Below, piece by piece: positions 9,862 through 19,511 of a stretch of DNA of 64,000 nt. The notes beneath the pieces were generated by a model. The model searched no databases. It saw only the letters and a program-made list of their open reading frames with translations, and was not told the DNA's origin. The stretch comes from a virus. How positions within the stretch are numbered: the first letter of the stretch is position 1; every line of letters begins with the position of its first letter. Where the stretch lies: IMG/VR virus record IMGVR_UViG_3300025101_002824, positions 50,085 to 114,084 of that record; one strand, given 5' to 3'. The translations under genes were made by a program, and so were the position numbers.

Positions 9862-12800
9862 ATGGAATCAAATTGTAATAAAAAAGATACTACTATACAA
9901 AAAATCCAGACTGAACGTGGATTTGCTGATGAGATATTTAAAAAATATAGATATGAAAGATATGGTGTAGGTACTTGTTGTGGTTCCAATCTTCCTTCTT
10001 ATATAAAAGATAAATACCTTTGTGATTTTCAAGATTCTAAAGTTACACAATATGATTCTATAAAAACTGTAGTAACAAAATATGATCCTCCAGCAACTGG
10101 TGCTAAAGATGATGCTAATAGACCTGGATGGGTTGATGCAGCTTGTGGTATGGCACAAGGTGATATAGAAGTTTATTTTTATTATGATGCAACATCATTA
10201 GGTTTAACACAAGTACAAGCTGCTTATAATGCAGCTAAAGATTGGATTGAAGTAGTAAAAGCTGAAGCAAATCAACCAGGAGATCCTGATTCATGTAATG
10301 GCGGCATAAGTGCAAGTGTAAAAGATTATCATACAACAGTATTTGGAGAAAGATGGCTTGATTGGGCTACATCATCAATGACTGGTATGTTTCAAAATTC
10401 AGGAAGTTGTGGTGGTAATGCTACTATAGATGTAAATGGTGTTCCATGTGCATCAAACAGTGCTGTAACAGGAACACCTGTAAATGTTGATGCAAATCCT
10501 AACAGAAACTTTGGTACTAACGATTGTAATAGTGCTGCAGATTCAGTATTTCCATGGTCTGTAAATAATACTAATAAATTTTGGGCTATATTAAAATGGG
10601 CTCAAAGTAATGGTGTAATTATGCATAATGGTGGACCGGCAGGTGTTGATGTAACAGCATCAGTATTACCTGTAGCTCAAGGAGGTAACGGAGGAACTGA
10701 TACTAGTGGTGGAGTTTTTGCTGGTGTTACTTCAATAGGTATGCCTCCTATTGCAAGCAAACAAAACTTATTAGTTGTAACATTTTTAGATGAAGCTACT
10801 TCAACCACTCATCATCAACCATATCATGGTAAAGGTGATCCAGCAACTTGGAATAATGCTACAGATGGATCAGGAACTGTAACTCCTTGTTGGGCAGCAG
10901 ATCATACACAATTCATTCAAACAAGAAATATTTGGATGGCTGGAATGGCAGATAGAAAATCTGATTTTTATATGTATCCATCTGCACCATCTAATCCTGG
11001 ACCAGCACATCATCCTTTACCATTACATGTATTAGGAGCTATTACATCAGGTGATAAAACTCCAGCTGATGGTACATTAACTACAGCACCATTTAATACA
11101 TTAGGACCATTAACACCAATTCAAACATCTAATCCATATTTTGCTCAAGGATATGGTGCATTAGATCAACATGGATGGGGAACAAATGTATTTGAAGGAG
11201 TATTTCAAGCTGAAACTTTTCAAAATGATTTAGATGCATTTGTAGATTTAGAAAATTGTAATGACTCAGAATGTTTTCTATTTGTTGTAAAAGACCAAAA
11301 TGGTAATCCTATTAGTTGTCATCCAATAACAATAAATGGTGGCGTTGTTGGAGAAACAAATGAAAATGGATTTTTAAGATGGTGTGTAAATAATGCATCA
11401 GTTAACACAAGACACATATTAGATTTATGTACATGTTTAACTACTACAGGTGGATGTAAATCTCAAAAGGTTTCTATGACCATAACAGATAAATGTAAAT
11501 TTACTGCATGTGATGTAACACCTTTTCAAGCATGTGAAGAACCAGCTGAAACAACATCTTCTGGTAATTTATTAAAAGGTTGTACTGATCCTAATGCAGA
11601 TAATTATAATCCAAACGCAACTGTAGATGATGGATCATGTAAGTTTTGTGAATCTTTTACTATAACAACAGGAAGTATAGGTGATGCTACAGAAAATAAT
11701 GACACTCCTCCTGTATGTCAAAATGATGGTTTTATAAATATTATAGTAGCAGGAGGAACGCCACCATATACATTCCAATGGACTGGACCAAGTGGATATA
11801 CAGCAACTACACAAAATATAACAGGTATATGTGGAGGTGTATATAATGTTTTTGTTACAGATAGTGCTACTAATCCATGTACAGAAGCTGCATCTTTCTT
11901 TATTGATCAACCACAATCAAGAATTTATGGTTGTATGGATGCTACTGCTTGTAATTATAATTCTTCTGCTACACATAGTGATAATTCATGTTTATTCTCT
12001 GGTTGTACTGATTCTTCTGCAACTAATTATGATCCTACTGCAACAGCAGATTGTAATTGTAATCCACCATCATCTCCTTTGTATCAAAATGATGTAGGTT
12101 GGGATAGCTGTTGTACAGCATGTGTAGATGGATGTATGGATCCAAATGCAAACAATTTTAATTCTGCTGCTACTTGTGATGATGGTTCCTGTACATATAA
12201 TTATTCATGTATTCAAACAGGAAGTCCTGGATTTAATAGTTGTGATGGATATACAAATATAGGTACATTTTCAAATTCATCTCAAGCTTTAAACTTTTAT
12301 ACTGATCCAGCAAATGGATTTACACATTTACCAATAAATTCTATTGTGCATTCATTAACTGGTGTTGCACCTCAACCAGGACAATGTGTTGATGCAAATG
12401 GTAATATAATAAAATTTAATGGCGGAATATTCTTTACTATGAGTGATATAGCTGGTACATCATGTCCTCATGATGATTGGCCTCTTTCATGGACAGCTGC
12501 TGGTTTACTTCCAGATGCAAATAGTACTACACAAAGAACATTTATTACAGAAAGTTGGGATGATGTTTTAAATTATCTTCAAGATACACTTGCTCAAGGT
12601 CAACAGTATGTTGATTGGTCAAATAGTTTTATAACTTCATTTAATAGTTTAACATATCAAGATATAGCTACTATTCTTCAAGCATCACAAGGTACATTAT
12701 ACACTGGACCAGGTCAACCTGCATTACAGAATCTTCTTTATCCTGAATGTCAATATAGAAGAATTTTACCATCATCTGCTGCTGGTCCATGTACTTGTCT

Positions 12801-15210
12801 TGGAACAACTCAAACATGTACTTGTACTGAAATGACAGATGGTACAGGTATTTATCCAACTATACAAGATTGTCAAAATAGTCCAACAGAATGCTGTAAT
12901 ACAAGTATAGGACCTAAATTTGTTTGTGTACCAGGAAATATAACAAATAGTTGTAGTAATAAAACATTAGCATCACCTAATGTTATTAGCCTTACTCCTA
13001 ATTTAAATGATAATTTAGCTCAAGAATGGACATCTTCAAATATTTATTGGCCTGTAGTTCCTGTAGATGGATTCTATTTTAAAATAGATAATAATGCAGG
13101 AGGTAGTTGTTTTGCATTAATAAATGAAGCGCAAGCTTATATAACAAAACTTTCAGTTGATTTTGATGATCCACAACCTGTAATACAACCACAATCATAT
13201 ACTATACAAACTGGTGGTGACTCATGGGCAATAGTTCAAAATGCTCTATTTAATGCTGGTTATAATGGTACTACATATCCTGATTTATCAAACGCTGATT
13301 GGAATACTGCTAAAATAATAACTGCTCAAAGTCAACCAGGAGCTTGGTCATTTAGAGCTTTTATGTCTTTATGTAATTGTACTAATGATGGTAATTGTGA
13401 TTGTATTGAAGATCAAACAGGACAGTATAATGATTATGCAAGCTGTATTCAAGATTGTTGTGATAGTCAATTAACATATGGTTGTACTGATCCAAACGCA
13501 ATAAACTATGATCCTAATGTTCAAATTGATGATTCTACATGTTTATACTGTGATGATTTAAATGCTCAAGGTGTACCAACACCTATTCATGATGCTACTT
13601 TTACTGATTATGTAGATCCTACACCTTCTAATGCATCAAACGGTTCAGTATTAGTTAATTTTGCTGTATCAGTAAATACAGGTACTAATTTAAATGTTTT
13701 AGTATATGATTCTCAAGCTAATCTTGTTCAAACTAATTTAATTCCTGGTGGTGCTACAAGTTATCTTATTACAGGATTACCAACAGACAATTATACAATA
13801 GTTTTAGAATGGATAAAGACTGTTGGAGGAAGTACAATAATCATGTGTTCAGAAAATTATTCAATATTTATTGGAAATCCAGGTGGAGCATTATTATGGG
13901 AATGTGTACCAAATTATGGTAATCCTACAATAGATGTAATGAGTCCTCCTTTGGCTGGATATAATATTGCAGCACAACCAAATTCAACTTTATATAATGC
14001 ACAAGGTGCTTATACACAAGTAGGAGCTACACCTTATTTAACTGTTGCAGCAAGAGATTGGACAAAAAATCCTGATTCTTATGGTTTACCTTTAAGTTTA
14101 AGACAACCATGGGGTTATCAAATTGATGGTCCATTTGGCTCAGCTGATTGTGTAGATAATCTATCAGGAGGTATACAATTTGCAATTGTTAAATTTGATA
14201 TATCAGATAGTAGTTTTAATACTTTATTTGAAATGACTACTACAAATAACAATACATGGAATGATTTAACAAGTTTTGTATCAGGTTTAGTTAACAATCC
14301 AGGTTTAGTAAATGCAAATTATGAAGATATTGAAATTGCACTTGCTGCTGCTGGAAATGGTGATACTATTACAGTTTCAGCACAAAAACCAATAAATTGT
14401 GGAGATTGTGAGTGTATAGAAACACATAGTGGTATATATACAACAGAAGCTGCTTGTAACTCAGCATGTTGTATATCAGGTTGTACAGATCCAGCTGCTG
14501 ATAACTACAATCCAAATGCAAATTTAGAAAATGGATCATGTGTTTATTGTAGTGGATTTGATGCATTATTAAGTAATGCAGATCCTACAATTCCAACTGG
14601 AAATAGCGGAAGTTGGAATGCAGGAAATATTAATGTAAACAATGGGCAGATATTAGCATCAGGTATAGGTGGTTCTGGTCAATATGCTGTTAATGTTTAT
14701 TATGAAGGTTATAATGGAAATGCAGAAGTAAATCCAATATCATTATATCCAGGATTTTATAAAGTAGTACTATTTGATATAGTTACTCAATGTACTAGAA
14801 TAAAGTTTACGCAATTAGAACCATTAAGTGATAAGTGTCGTACAACTGGTACTCCATGGTATCCTACTGCAGCAAGTTCATTTAGTGCAAGTGGACAATG
14901 GAATGAGCTGACTAGTAAAATGGGTGCAGGTAATCTTTCAGTTAATCCTAATGCACATCCTAATACCAACGTTTGGCCAAGATCTTTATCTAGTATTTAT
15001 GTAACAAATTTAAATCATACAGGTGGAGCAACTTATACAGTAAGACTTTATAATAATGCTACTGGTGCAAATGTTGTAACTTTACCAAATGTATCTGGTT
15101 TAGTACAAATAAATGCTTTAGTACAAGGAACATCATATACACTTGAAGTTAGTAATGGCACAGGTGCCTGTGATTTAATTGGACATGTGTTTACATTTGA
15201 TGCTTTATAA
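9862..15210 (+). CDS. Large Cys-rich adhesin/fibre-like virion protein with GCxD repeats and SprB-like Ig repeats
   Basis: 1782 aa; six GC(T/M)DxxAxN(Y/F) repeats; SprB-like DGFINIIVAGGTPPYTFQWTG...GVYNVFVTD; vWA-like N-terminal strands (VYFYYDATS, LLVVTFLDE). Confidence 0.7.
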   Translation: MESNCNKKDTTIQKIQTERGFADEIFKKYRYERYGVGTCCGSNLPSYIKDKYLCDFQDSKVTQYDSIKTVVTKYDPPATGAKDDANRPGWVDAACGMAQGDIEVYFYYDATSLGLTQVQAAYNAAKDWIEVVKAEANQPGDPDSCNGGISASVKDYHTTVFGERWLDWATSSMTGMFQNSGSCGGNATIDVNGVPCASNSAVTGTPVNVDANPNRNFGTNDCNSAADSVFPWSVNNTNKFWAILKWAQSNGVIMHNGGPAGVDVTASVLPVAQGGNGGTDTSGGVFAGVTSIGMPPIASKQNLLVVTFLDEATSTTHHQPYHGKGDPATWNNATDGSGTVTPCWAADHTQFIQTRNIWMAGMADRKSDFYMYPSAPSNPGPAHHPLPLHVLGAITSGDKTPADGTLTTAPFNTLGPLTPIQTSNPYFAQGYGALDQHGWGTNVFEGVFQAETFQNDLDAFVDLENCNDSECFLFVVKDQNGNPISCHPITINGGVVGETNENGFLRWCVNNASVNTRHILDLCTCLTTTGGCKSQKVSMTITDKCKFTACDVTPFQACEEPAETTSSGNLLKGCTDPNADNYNPNATVDDGSCKFCESFTITTGSIGDATENNDTPPVCQNDGFINIIVAGGTPPYTFQWTGPSGYTATTQNITGICGGVYNVFVTDSATNPCTEAASFFIDQPQSRIYGCMDATACNYNSSATHSDNSCLFSGCTDSSATNYDPTATADCNCNPPSSPLYQNDVGWDSCCTACVDGCMDPNANNFNSAATCDDGSCTYNYSCIQTGSPGFNSCDGYTNIGTFSNSSQALNFYTDPANGFTHLPINSIVHSLTGVAPQPGQCVDANGNIIKFNGGIFFTMSDIAGTSCPHDDWPLSWTAAGLLPDANSTTQRTFITESWDDVLNYLQDTLAQGQQYVDWSNSFITSFNSLTYQDIATILQASQGTLYTGPGQPALQNLLYPECQYRRILPSSAAGPCTCLGTTQTCTCTEMTDGTGIYPTIQDCQNSPTECCNTSIGPKFVCVPGNITNSCSNKTLASPNVISLTPNLNDNLAQEWTSSNIYWPVVPVDGFYFKIDNNAGGSCFALINEAQAYITKLSVDFDDPQPVIQPQSYTIQTGGDSWAIVQNALFNAGYNGTTYPDLSNADWNTAKIITAQSQPGAWSFRAFMSLCNCTNDGNCDCIEDQTGQYNDYASCIQDCCDSQLTYGCTDPNAINYDPNVQIDDSTCLYCDDLNAQGVPTPIHDATFTDYVDPTPSNASNGSVLVNFAVSVNTGTNLNVLVYDSQANLVQTNLIPGGATSYLITGLPTDNYTIVLEWIKTVGGSTIIMCSENYSIFIGNPGGALLWECVPNYGNPTIDVMSPPLAGYNIAAQPNSTLYNAQGAYTQVGATPYLTVAARDWTKNPDSYGLPLSLRQPWGYQIDGPFGSADCVDNLSGGIQFAIVKFDISDSSFNTLFEMTTTNNNTWNDLTSFVSGLVNNPGLVNANYEDIEIALAAAGNGDTITVSAQKPINCGDCECIETHSGIYTTEAACNSACCISGCTDPAADNYNPNANLENGSCVYCSGFDALLSNADPTIPTGNSGSWNAGNINVNNGQILASGIGGSGQYAVNVYYEGYNGNAEVNPISLYPGFYKVVLFDIVTQCTRIKFTQLEPLSDKCRTTGTPWYPTAASSFSASGQWNELTSKMGAGNLSVNPNAHPNTNVWPRSLSSIYVTNLNHTGGATYTVRLYNNATGANVVTLPNVSGLVQINALVQGTSYTLEVSNGTGACDLIGHVFTFDAL
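11578..14550 (+). repeat. Six dispersed protein-level GC(T/M)DxxAxN(Y/F)xxxAxxxDGSC-type repeats
   Basis: GCTDPNADNYNPNATVDDGSC, GCMDATACNYNSSATHSDNSC, GCTDSSATNYDPTATADC, GCMDPNANNFNSAATCDDGSC, GCTDPNAINYDPNVQIDDSTC, GCTDPAADNYNPNANLENGSC. Confidence 0.9.
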
Positions 15211-15230
15211 ATAGGGAAAATAAAAAATAA

Positions 15231-15250
15231 TTTGTATATTATTAATGTAG
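15231..15250 (+). promoter_or_regulatory. Putative late promoter motif, copy 4
   Basis: tttGTATATTATTAATGTAg, 9 nt before ATG 15260. Confidence 0.7.
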
Positions 15251-15259
15251 AATAAAGAT

Positions 15260-16390
15260 ATGATACCAACGAATTCAAATAATCCAACTAATTGTGATCC
15301 TATATCATCTAACTGTGTAGTTTGGCAAGGACCAGATATTCCATGTGGAAATATATGTACAGGAGATACTATTAGTGATGTTGTTGCAGCATTATGTACT
15401 GAACTTCAACTACTTCAAACTTTAATAGAAAATGGTGGCGGATCATCATTTAATATTGCTAATATTAATCAATCAGAATTAATAGGAACACCTGCTACAA
15501 ATTTAGAAGAGTTGATTCAATTAATGATTGATAATATTATTATCAATTCAGGTAATAGTCCAGGTCCAGGAACAGGAGGAGATTTTGATTGTGCAGAGGT
15601 AATGAAATGTGCTGTTACAACTCCAGCATGTTTTAGAGAGTTAACTGGATTTTCTAGTGGTGGTAATTTAAATGATTGGATTACAACTGTATCTCAACAC
15701 CTATGTGATTTAGGAACTGTAACCTCAACACAACAATCATTAACAACTACATTAGCAGCTAGAGTATCAAATTTAGAACAACAACCTACTGGAGATCCAA
15801 ATCCAAGAGTATATTCTAGTGGTGTTACTACAAAAGGTGTACTTACTCCTATAGAAACAGTTGTTCAAGCATTGGATTCTCAATTTATTACTTTAAGAAA
15901 TACAACTGGTGATCCAGCAAATATTTCTACTGGTATTAATACACAACCAAAAGATTTAACAACTCCAAGAAGTACTGAAGGATATAGTGGTGTAATAAAA
16001 ACAAGTCCAGCAACAAGTGGAGATGCTCAATATAATACTTGGTTAGCAATAGATGATTTAAGAAAAGCAGTAAAAGATATACAAGATAATTGTTGTGCAA
16101 ACATTCAATTACAAAGAATGAATGGTATAAATAGTTTATATGCAAATGGTACTACATGTGCAACTGCATTATCAGCTGCAACAGCAAATACAGGTTGTTT
16201 AGATATTTGGAATACAACAGGGGTACAATGGGATACTACAGTTAAAGCTTATAGTAATCCATATAATCCAGGACCAAATACAGAACTTGCACATAATCAA
16301 TATTATGCATTATGTGGAGGTGCTGCAATAGCAAGATATAGTAGAACATCACCGCATTGGAATAATATAACAACTAATTGTGGAGGTTAA
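15260..16390 (+). CDS. Cys-rich putative tail fibre/structural protein
   Basis: 376 aa, N-terminal CDPISSNCVVWQGPDIPC...GDTISDVV module and short coiled-coil segments. Confidence 0.55.
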   Translation: MIPTNSNNPTNCDPISSNCVVWQGPDIPCGNICTGDTISDVVAALCTELQLLQTLIENGGGSSFNIANINQSELIGTPATNLEELIQLMIDNIIINSGNSPGPGTGGDFDCAEVMKCAVTTPACFRELTGFSSGGNLNDWITTVSQHLCDLGTVTSTQQSLTTTLAARVSNLEQQPTGDPNPRVYSSGVTTKGVLTPIETVVQALDSQFITLRNTTGDPANISTGINTQPKDLTTPRSTEGYSGVIKTSPATSGDAQYNTWLAIDDLRKAVKDIQDNCCANIQLQRMNGINSLYANGTTCATALSAATANTGCLDIWNTTGVQWDTTVKAYSNPYNPGPNTELAHNQYYALCGGAAIARYSRTSPHWNNITTNCGG

Positions 16391-16411
16391 TAATTAATAA
16401 ATAATAAAAAA

Positions 16412-16954
16412 ATGGCTTGTAATAATTGTAATGATACTTCTACTGATTGTAGTAATTTAGCATGCGGATGTGCTGATACATCACAAACTATGCCGTGTAC
16501 ATATACTGATTGTAGAAAAGACGGTGCTGAATCTTGTGATGAAGTAACATGTGCAGCATGTGTATCATATTGTGCAGATACCTTTGAAGCTTCATTAGGA
16601 AGTACAATTTTACAAGTTGCTAAAGGAGAAAGATTAGATAGAATTTTACAAAGAATGGTTTTATTTTTGACTAATGCAACATGTGTTGCAACTGCTCCTC
16701 AATTAGTTTCTTTAGGTACAATTACAAGTAATACAATAATGGTAGAGTGGTCAGGTGTACCAAATGGCGCAACAGTAGATGTACAATTTAAACTTCCTAC
16801 ATCTCAAGGATGGACTACAGCTGCAACTGGACTTGGAACTTCAGTAACAGCTCATACTGTAACAAATTTAGCAGCTCAAAATGTTTATCAATTTAGAGTT
16901 CTTAATGGTTCTTGTTCATCAGTAATAGTAACTGGTGTAACATTACCTATATAA
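16412..16954 (+). CDS. Cys-rich protein with C-terminal fibronectin type III domain
   Basis: 180 aa; PQLVSLGTITSNTIMVEWSG...HTVTNLAAQNVYQFRV has the FN3 W and L-x(5)-Y-x-F-R-V signatures. Confidence 0.7.
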   Translation: MACNNCNDTSTDCSNLACGCADTSQTMPCTYTDCRKDGAESCDEVTCAACVSYCADTFEASLGSTILQVAKGERLDRILQRMVLFLTNATCVATAPQLVSLGTITSNTIMVEWSGVPNGATVDVQFKLPTSQGWTTAATGLGTSVTAHTVTNLAAQNVYQFRVLNGSCSSVIVTGVTLPI

Positions 16955-17005
16955 TACAACAAGAAAGTGAGGGTTTTATATTGGTTTTCCTAAACTTAAT
17001 TGTCT

Positions 17006-17038
17006 GAGGCCTGGGGTTAACACCGGGCCTCTTTTTTT
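17006..17038 (+). terminator. Intrinsic terminator
   Basis: gaggcctgg-ggttaaca-ccgggcctc-ttttttt. Confidence 0.85.
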
Positions 17039-17059
17039 ATATACATACAGAAATTTTTA

Positions 17060-17067
17060 TATATTTG
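17060..17067 (+). promoter_or_regulatory. Host-type Bacteroidota -7 promoter element (TAnnTTTG)
   Basis: TATATTTG between the terminator and ATG 17088; no clear -33 TTTG seen. Confidence 0.55.
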
Positions 17068-17087
17068 CAAACAAAACTTAATAATTT

Positions 17088-18269
17088 ATGGAATCATTTA
17101 TAGACAAAATTAAAGGATCATTTAAATGGAAAAAAACATCAGACTATTGTGCTGATAAATTAGGAATAACTGTTGAAGATTATGAAGTATTAAAATCTTG
17201 GGTTAAATCTACAGAATTAATAGAAAACAGTAATTCATCATATGAGTATAATTTAGAAAAAGGTGAAGCAAAAATGGAGACAATAAGTTCTTCTGAACCA
17301 AAGTCACCTGAAGAAATAATTAAAATGTTAAACATTGATACTACTCAATGGAAACTTTCAAGTTATTGGAATAAACAAATGGGTGATCATTGGCGTGTAT
17401 CTGCAATGGTTACTAAAATAAAAGATAATGAAGTTGATAATATAGCTGAATTATTAAAAGAGTTTAAGCCTAAAAAATTTAAGCCAGTAAAAAGAATTAA
17501 AACTCCAGGTAAAGTAAAAACAGCTGGAGTTTTGTCTTTACAAGATATACATTTTGGTAAAGAAGGAAATGAAACAATTGATAAATGTTTTGAAGAAACA
17601 ATTATTGATTTAGTTGAAAGAGCTACAAGTGCTCATCATTTAGAAAAAATATACTACGTAGTAGGAGGGGATCTTATAAACATGGATACATGGAGTGGTA
17701 GTACTACTAGTGGTACACCATTAGATAACTGTATGACTGCTACAGAAGCTTACATGCAGGCTTTTAATGCTATACAATGGAGTATAAATTATATTAAACA
17801 ATTTTGTGATACTTTACAAGTAGTATATATACCAGGTAATCATGATAGACTTTCCTCTTTTCATTTAGCACATGGTCTATCTAAATGTTTTGATGATGCA
17901 AATATTGAATGGGATGTAGTTTATCTTGAGAGAAAAGTATTTACATATGGAGATAACTTTTTTGCATTTGAACATGGTGATGTAAATACTAAAAATTCTT
18001 TAATGTTATACTCTATGGAATATCCAAGAGAATGGGGTAAGACATTATTTAGAACCTTATACACAGGACATTATCATCATAAGAAAAAAATAGAATACAT
18101 AACAGCTCATGAAAATACAGGTTTTATGTTAAAAATATTACCAAGTTTATCAAGAACTGATTATTATCATTATCATAATAAATTTGTTGGATCTAGAAGA
18201 TCTGGGGTACTATCTATACATAGTCCTAACAAAGGAGAAATATGTGAGTTAACATATTCTCCTGAATAA
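17088..18269 (+). CDS. Calcineurin-like metallophosphoesterase with possible N-terminal HTH
   Basis: All five motifs present: DIHFG, GDLIN, GNHD, EHGD, GHYHH; N-terminal CADKLGITVEDY is HTH-like. Confidence 0.85.
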   Translation: MESFIDKIKGSFKWKKTSDYCADKLGITVEDYEVLKSWVKSTELIENSNSSYEYNLEKGEAKMETISSSEPKSPEEIIKMLNIDTTQWKLSSYWNKQMGDHWRVSAMVTKIKDNEVDNIAELLKEFKPKKFKPVKRIKTPGKVKTAGVLSLQDIHFGKEGNETIDKCFEETIIDLVERATSAHHLEKIYYVVGGDLINMDTWSGSTTSGTPLDNCMTATEAYMQAFNAIQWSINYIKQFCDTLQVVYIPGNHDRLSSFHLAHGLSKCFDDANIEWDVVYLERKVFTYGDNFFAFEHGDVNTKNSLMLYSMEYPREWGKTLFRTLYTGHYHHKKKIEYITAHENTGFMLKILPSLSRTDYYHYHNKFVGSRRSGVLSIHSPNKGEICELTYSPE

Positions 18270-18288
18270 CTTTTATTTATCCCTATTT

Positions 18289-18309
18289 TTTTGTAAATTA
18301 TATACGTAA
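18289..18309 (+). promoter_or_regulatory. Putative late promoter motif, copy 5 (variant)
   Basis: ttttGTAAATTATATACGTAa, 6 nt before ATG 18316. Confidence 0.55.
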
Positions 18310-18315
18310 GTAGAT

Positions 18316-18837
18316 ATGATTAGTAACTTTAAGAAACCTGATTTAAGTAAACCTAGATATAGAGAAAAGGTTTTAAGTTTATTAAACTCTGAGACATTTG
18401 AAAAATTTAAAGAAAAATATCCAATGTACTCTTCAGTTAGTAATGCTAAATTAAATAAAGTTATAAAATCATTCAACGGTAAAATTTGGGATGGTGTAAT
18501 TAATAATAGAAATGGTATAGAACTACCTGAGTCATTAGGTTATCTTTTTATTGGTTCTTGCCCTCCCACTAAAAAAGTTAATATAGATTATGCATTATCT
18601 AAACAATATGGTAAGGTAATACAAAATAAGAATTGGGAAACAAATGGAAACATTGGAAAAATATTTTACACTAACTACTCTCCTAAGTATAAATTTAAAA
18701 CTAGAGAGTTATGGCAATTTAATGCTGTAAGACAATTTAAAAGGTCTGTAGCATCTATATATCCAAAGCAGTGGCAAAAGTATATTTCTGTTCCTAATAA
18801 GTTTAGAGTTGCTGATATGTATAAAAAAGATAAATAA
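18316..18837 (+). CDS. IHF/HU-like (DNABII-fold) basic DNA-binding protein, crAss-like
   Basis: Basic 173 aa; helix followed by GIELPESLGYLFIG beta-arm pattern; crAss-like phages carry IHF-like genes just upstream of the tail ring genes. Confidence 0.6.
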   Translation: MISNFKKPDLSKPRYREKVLSLLNSETFEKFKEKYPMYSSVSNAKLNKVIKSFNGKIWDGVINNRNGIELPESLGYLFIGSCPPTKKVNIDYALSKQYGKVIQNKNWETNGNIGKIFYTNYSPKYKFKTRELWQFNAVRQFKRSVASIYPKQWQKYISVPNKFRVADMYKKDK

Positions 18838-18839
18838 TT

Positions 18840-19511
18840 ATGACAACAATAGGTGAAGCAATATCTAGAATACGTGGGCAAATAAAAGCAGGAAATCAAG
18901 ATGCTTTTACAACTGATAGATATATATACAGTTTAATAAAAAAGTACGCTCAACTATTTATGCGTAGACAAGATAATGCTAACAAACTTATGAAGTTTAA
19001 TAGTGTTTGGCAACAACTTAAATATGTAAAATTAATTGAAGTAGATAAAATAGAAGCTCAATGTGTTGGAATAGCAAGTGGATGTACTATAAAAAGAACT
19101 GAAAAAAAATTACCTACATTTATGCAAGGTTATTGGGGACCGTTAATTAGAACAGTAAGTTCAATAGATGGAGGTATAGAAGTACAAGCTACTCAGCCAG
19201 GAACTTATGCTTCAATGTCTAAAACAAAAACTTTTAAATATAATAATACAAAATACTTTTGGTTCTTAGATGGTTATTTGTATTTACCTAATGTTGCATG
19301 GGATGCTATAAAATTAGAAGGTGTTTTTGAAGAAGATATAGCAAAGTGGACATGTGAAACAGATGATGATTGTGTTCCTAGATATTTACAAAATCTTTAT
19401 ATACCTGAATTTTTGTTTTCTGAAATAGAAAATCAATTGTTGAATACTGCTTTTAATACAATGAAAGTTCCATCAGAAGATGGTAATAATAATAAAAATC
19501 CAAATAGATAA
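18840..19511 (+). CDS. Tail ring protein
   Basis: 223 aa, coupled to the next gene (taatg); TDRYIY, YFWFLDGYLYL; synteny before the muzzle gene. Confidence 0.6.
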   Translation: MTTIGEAISRIRGQIKAGNQDAFTTDRYIYSLIKKYAQLFMRRQDNANKLMKFNSVWQQLKYVKLIEVDKIEAQCVGIASGCTIKRTEKKLPTFMQGYWGPLIRTVSSIDGGIEVQATQPGTYASMSKTKTFKYNNTKYFWFLDGYLYLPNVAWDAIKLEGVFEEDIAKWTCETDDDCVPRYLQNLYIPEFLFSEIENQLLNTAFNTMKVPSEDGNNNKNPNR

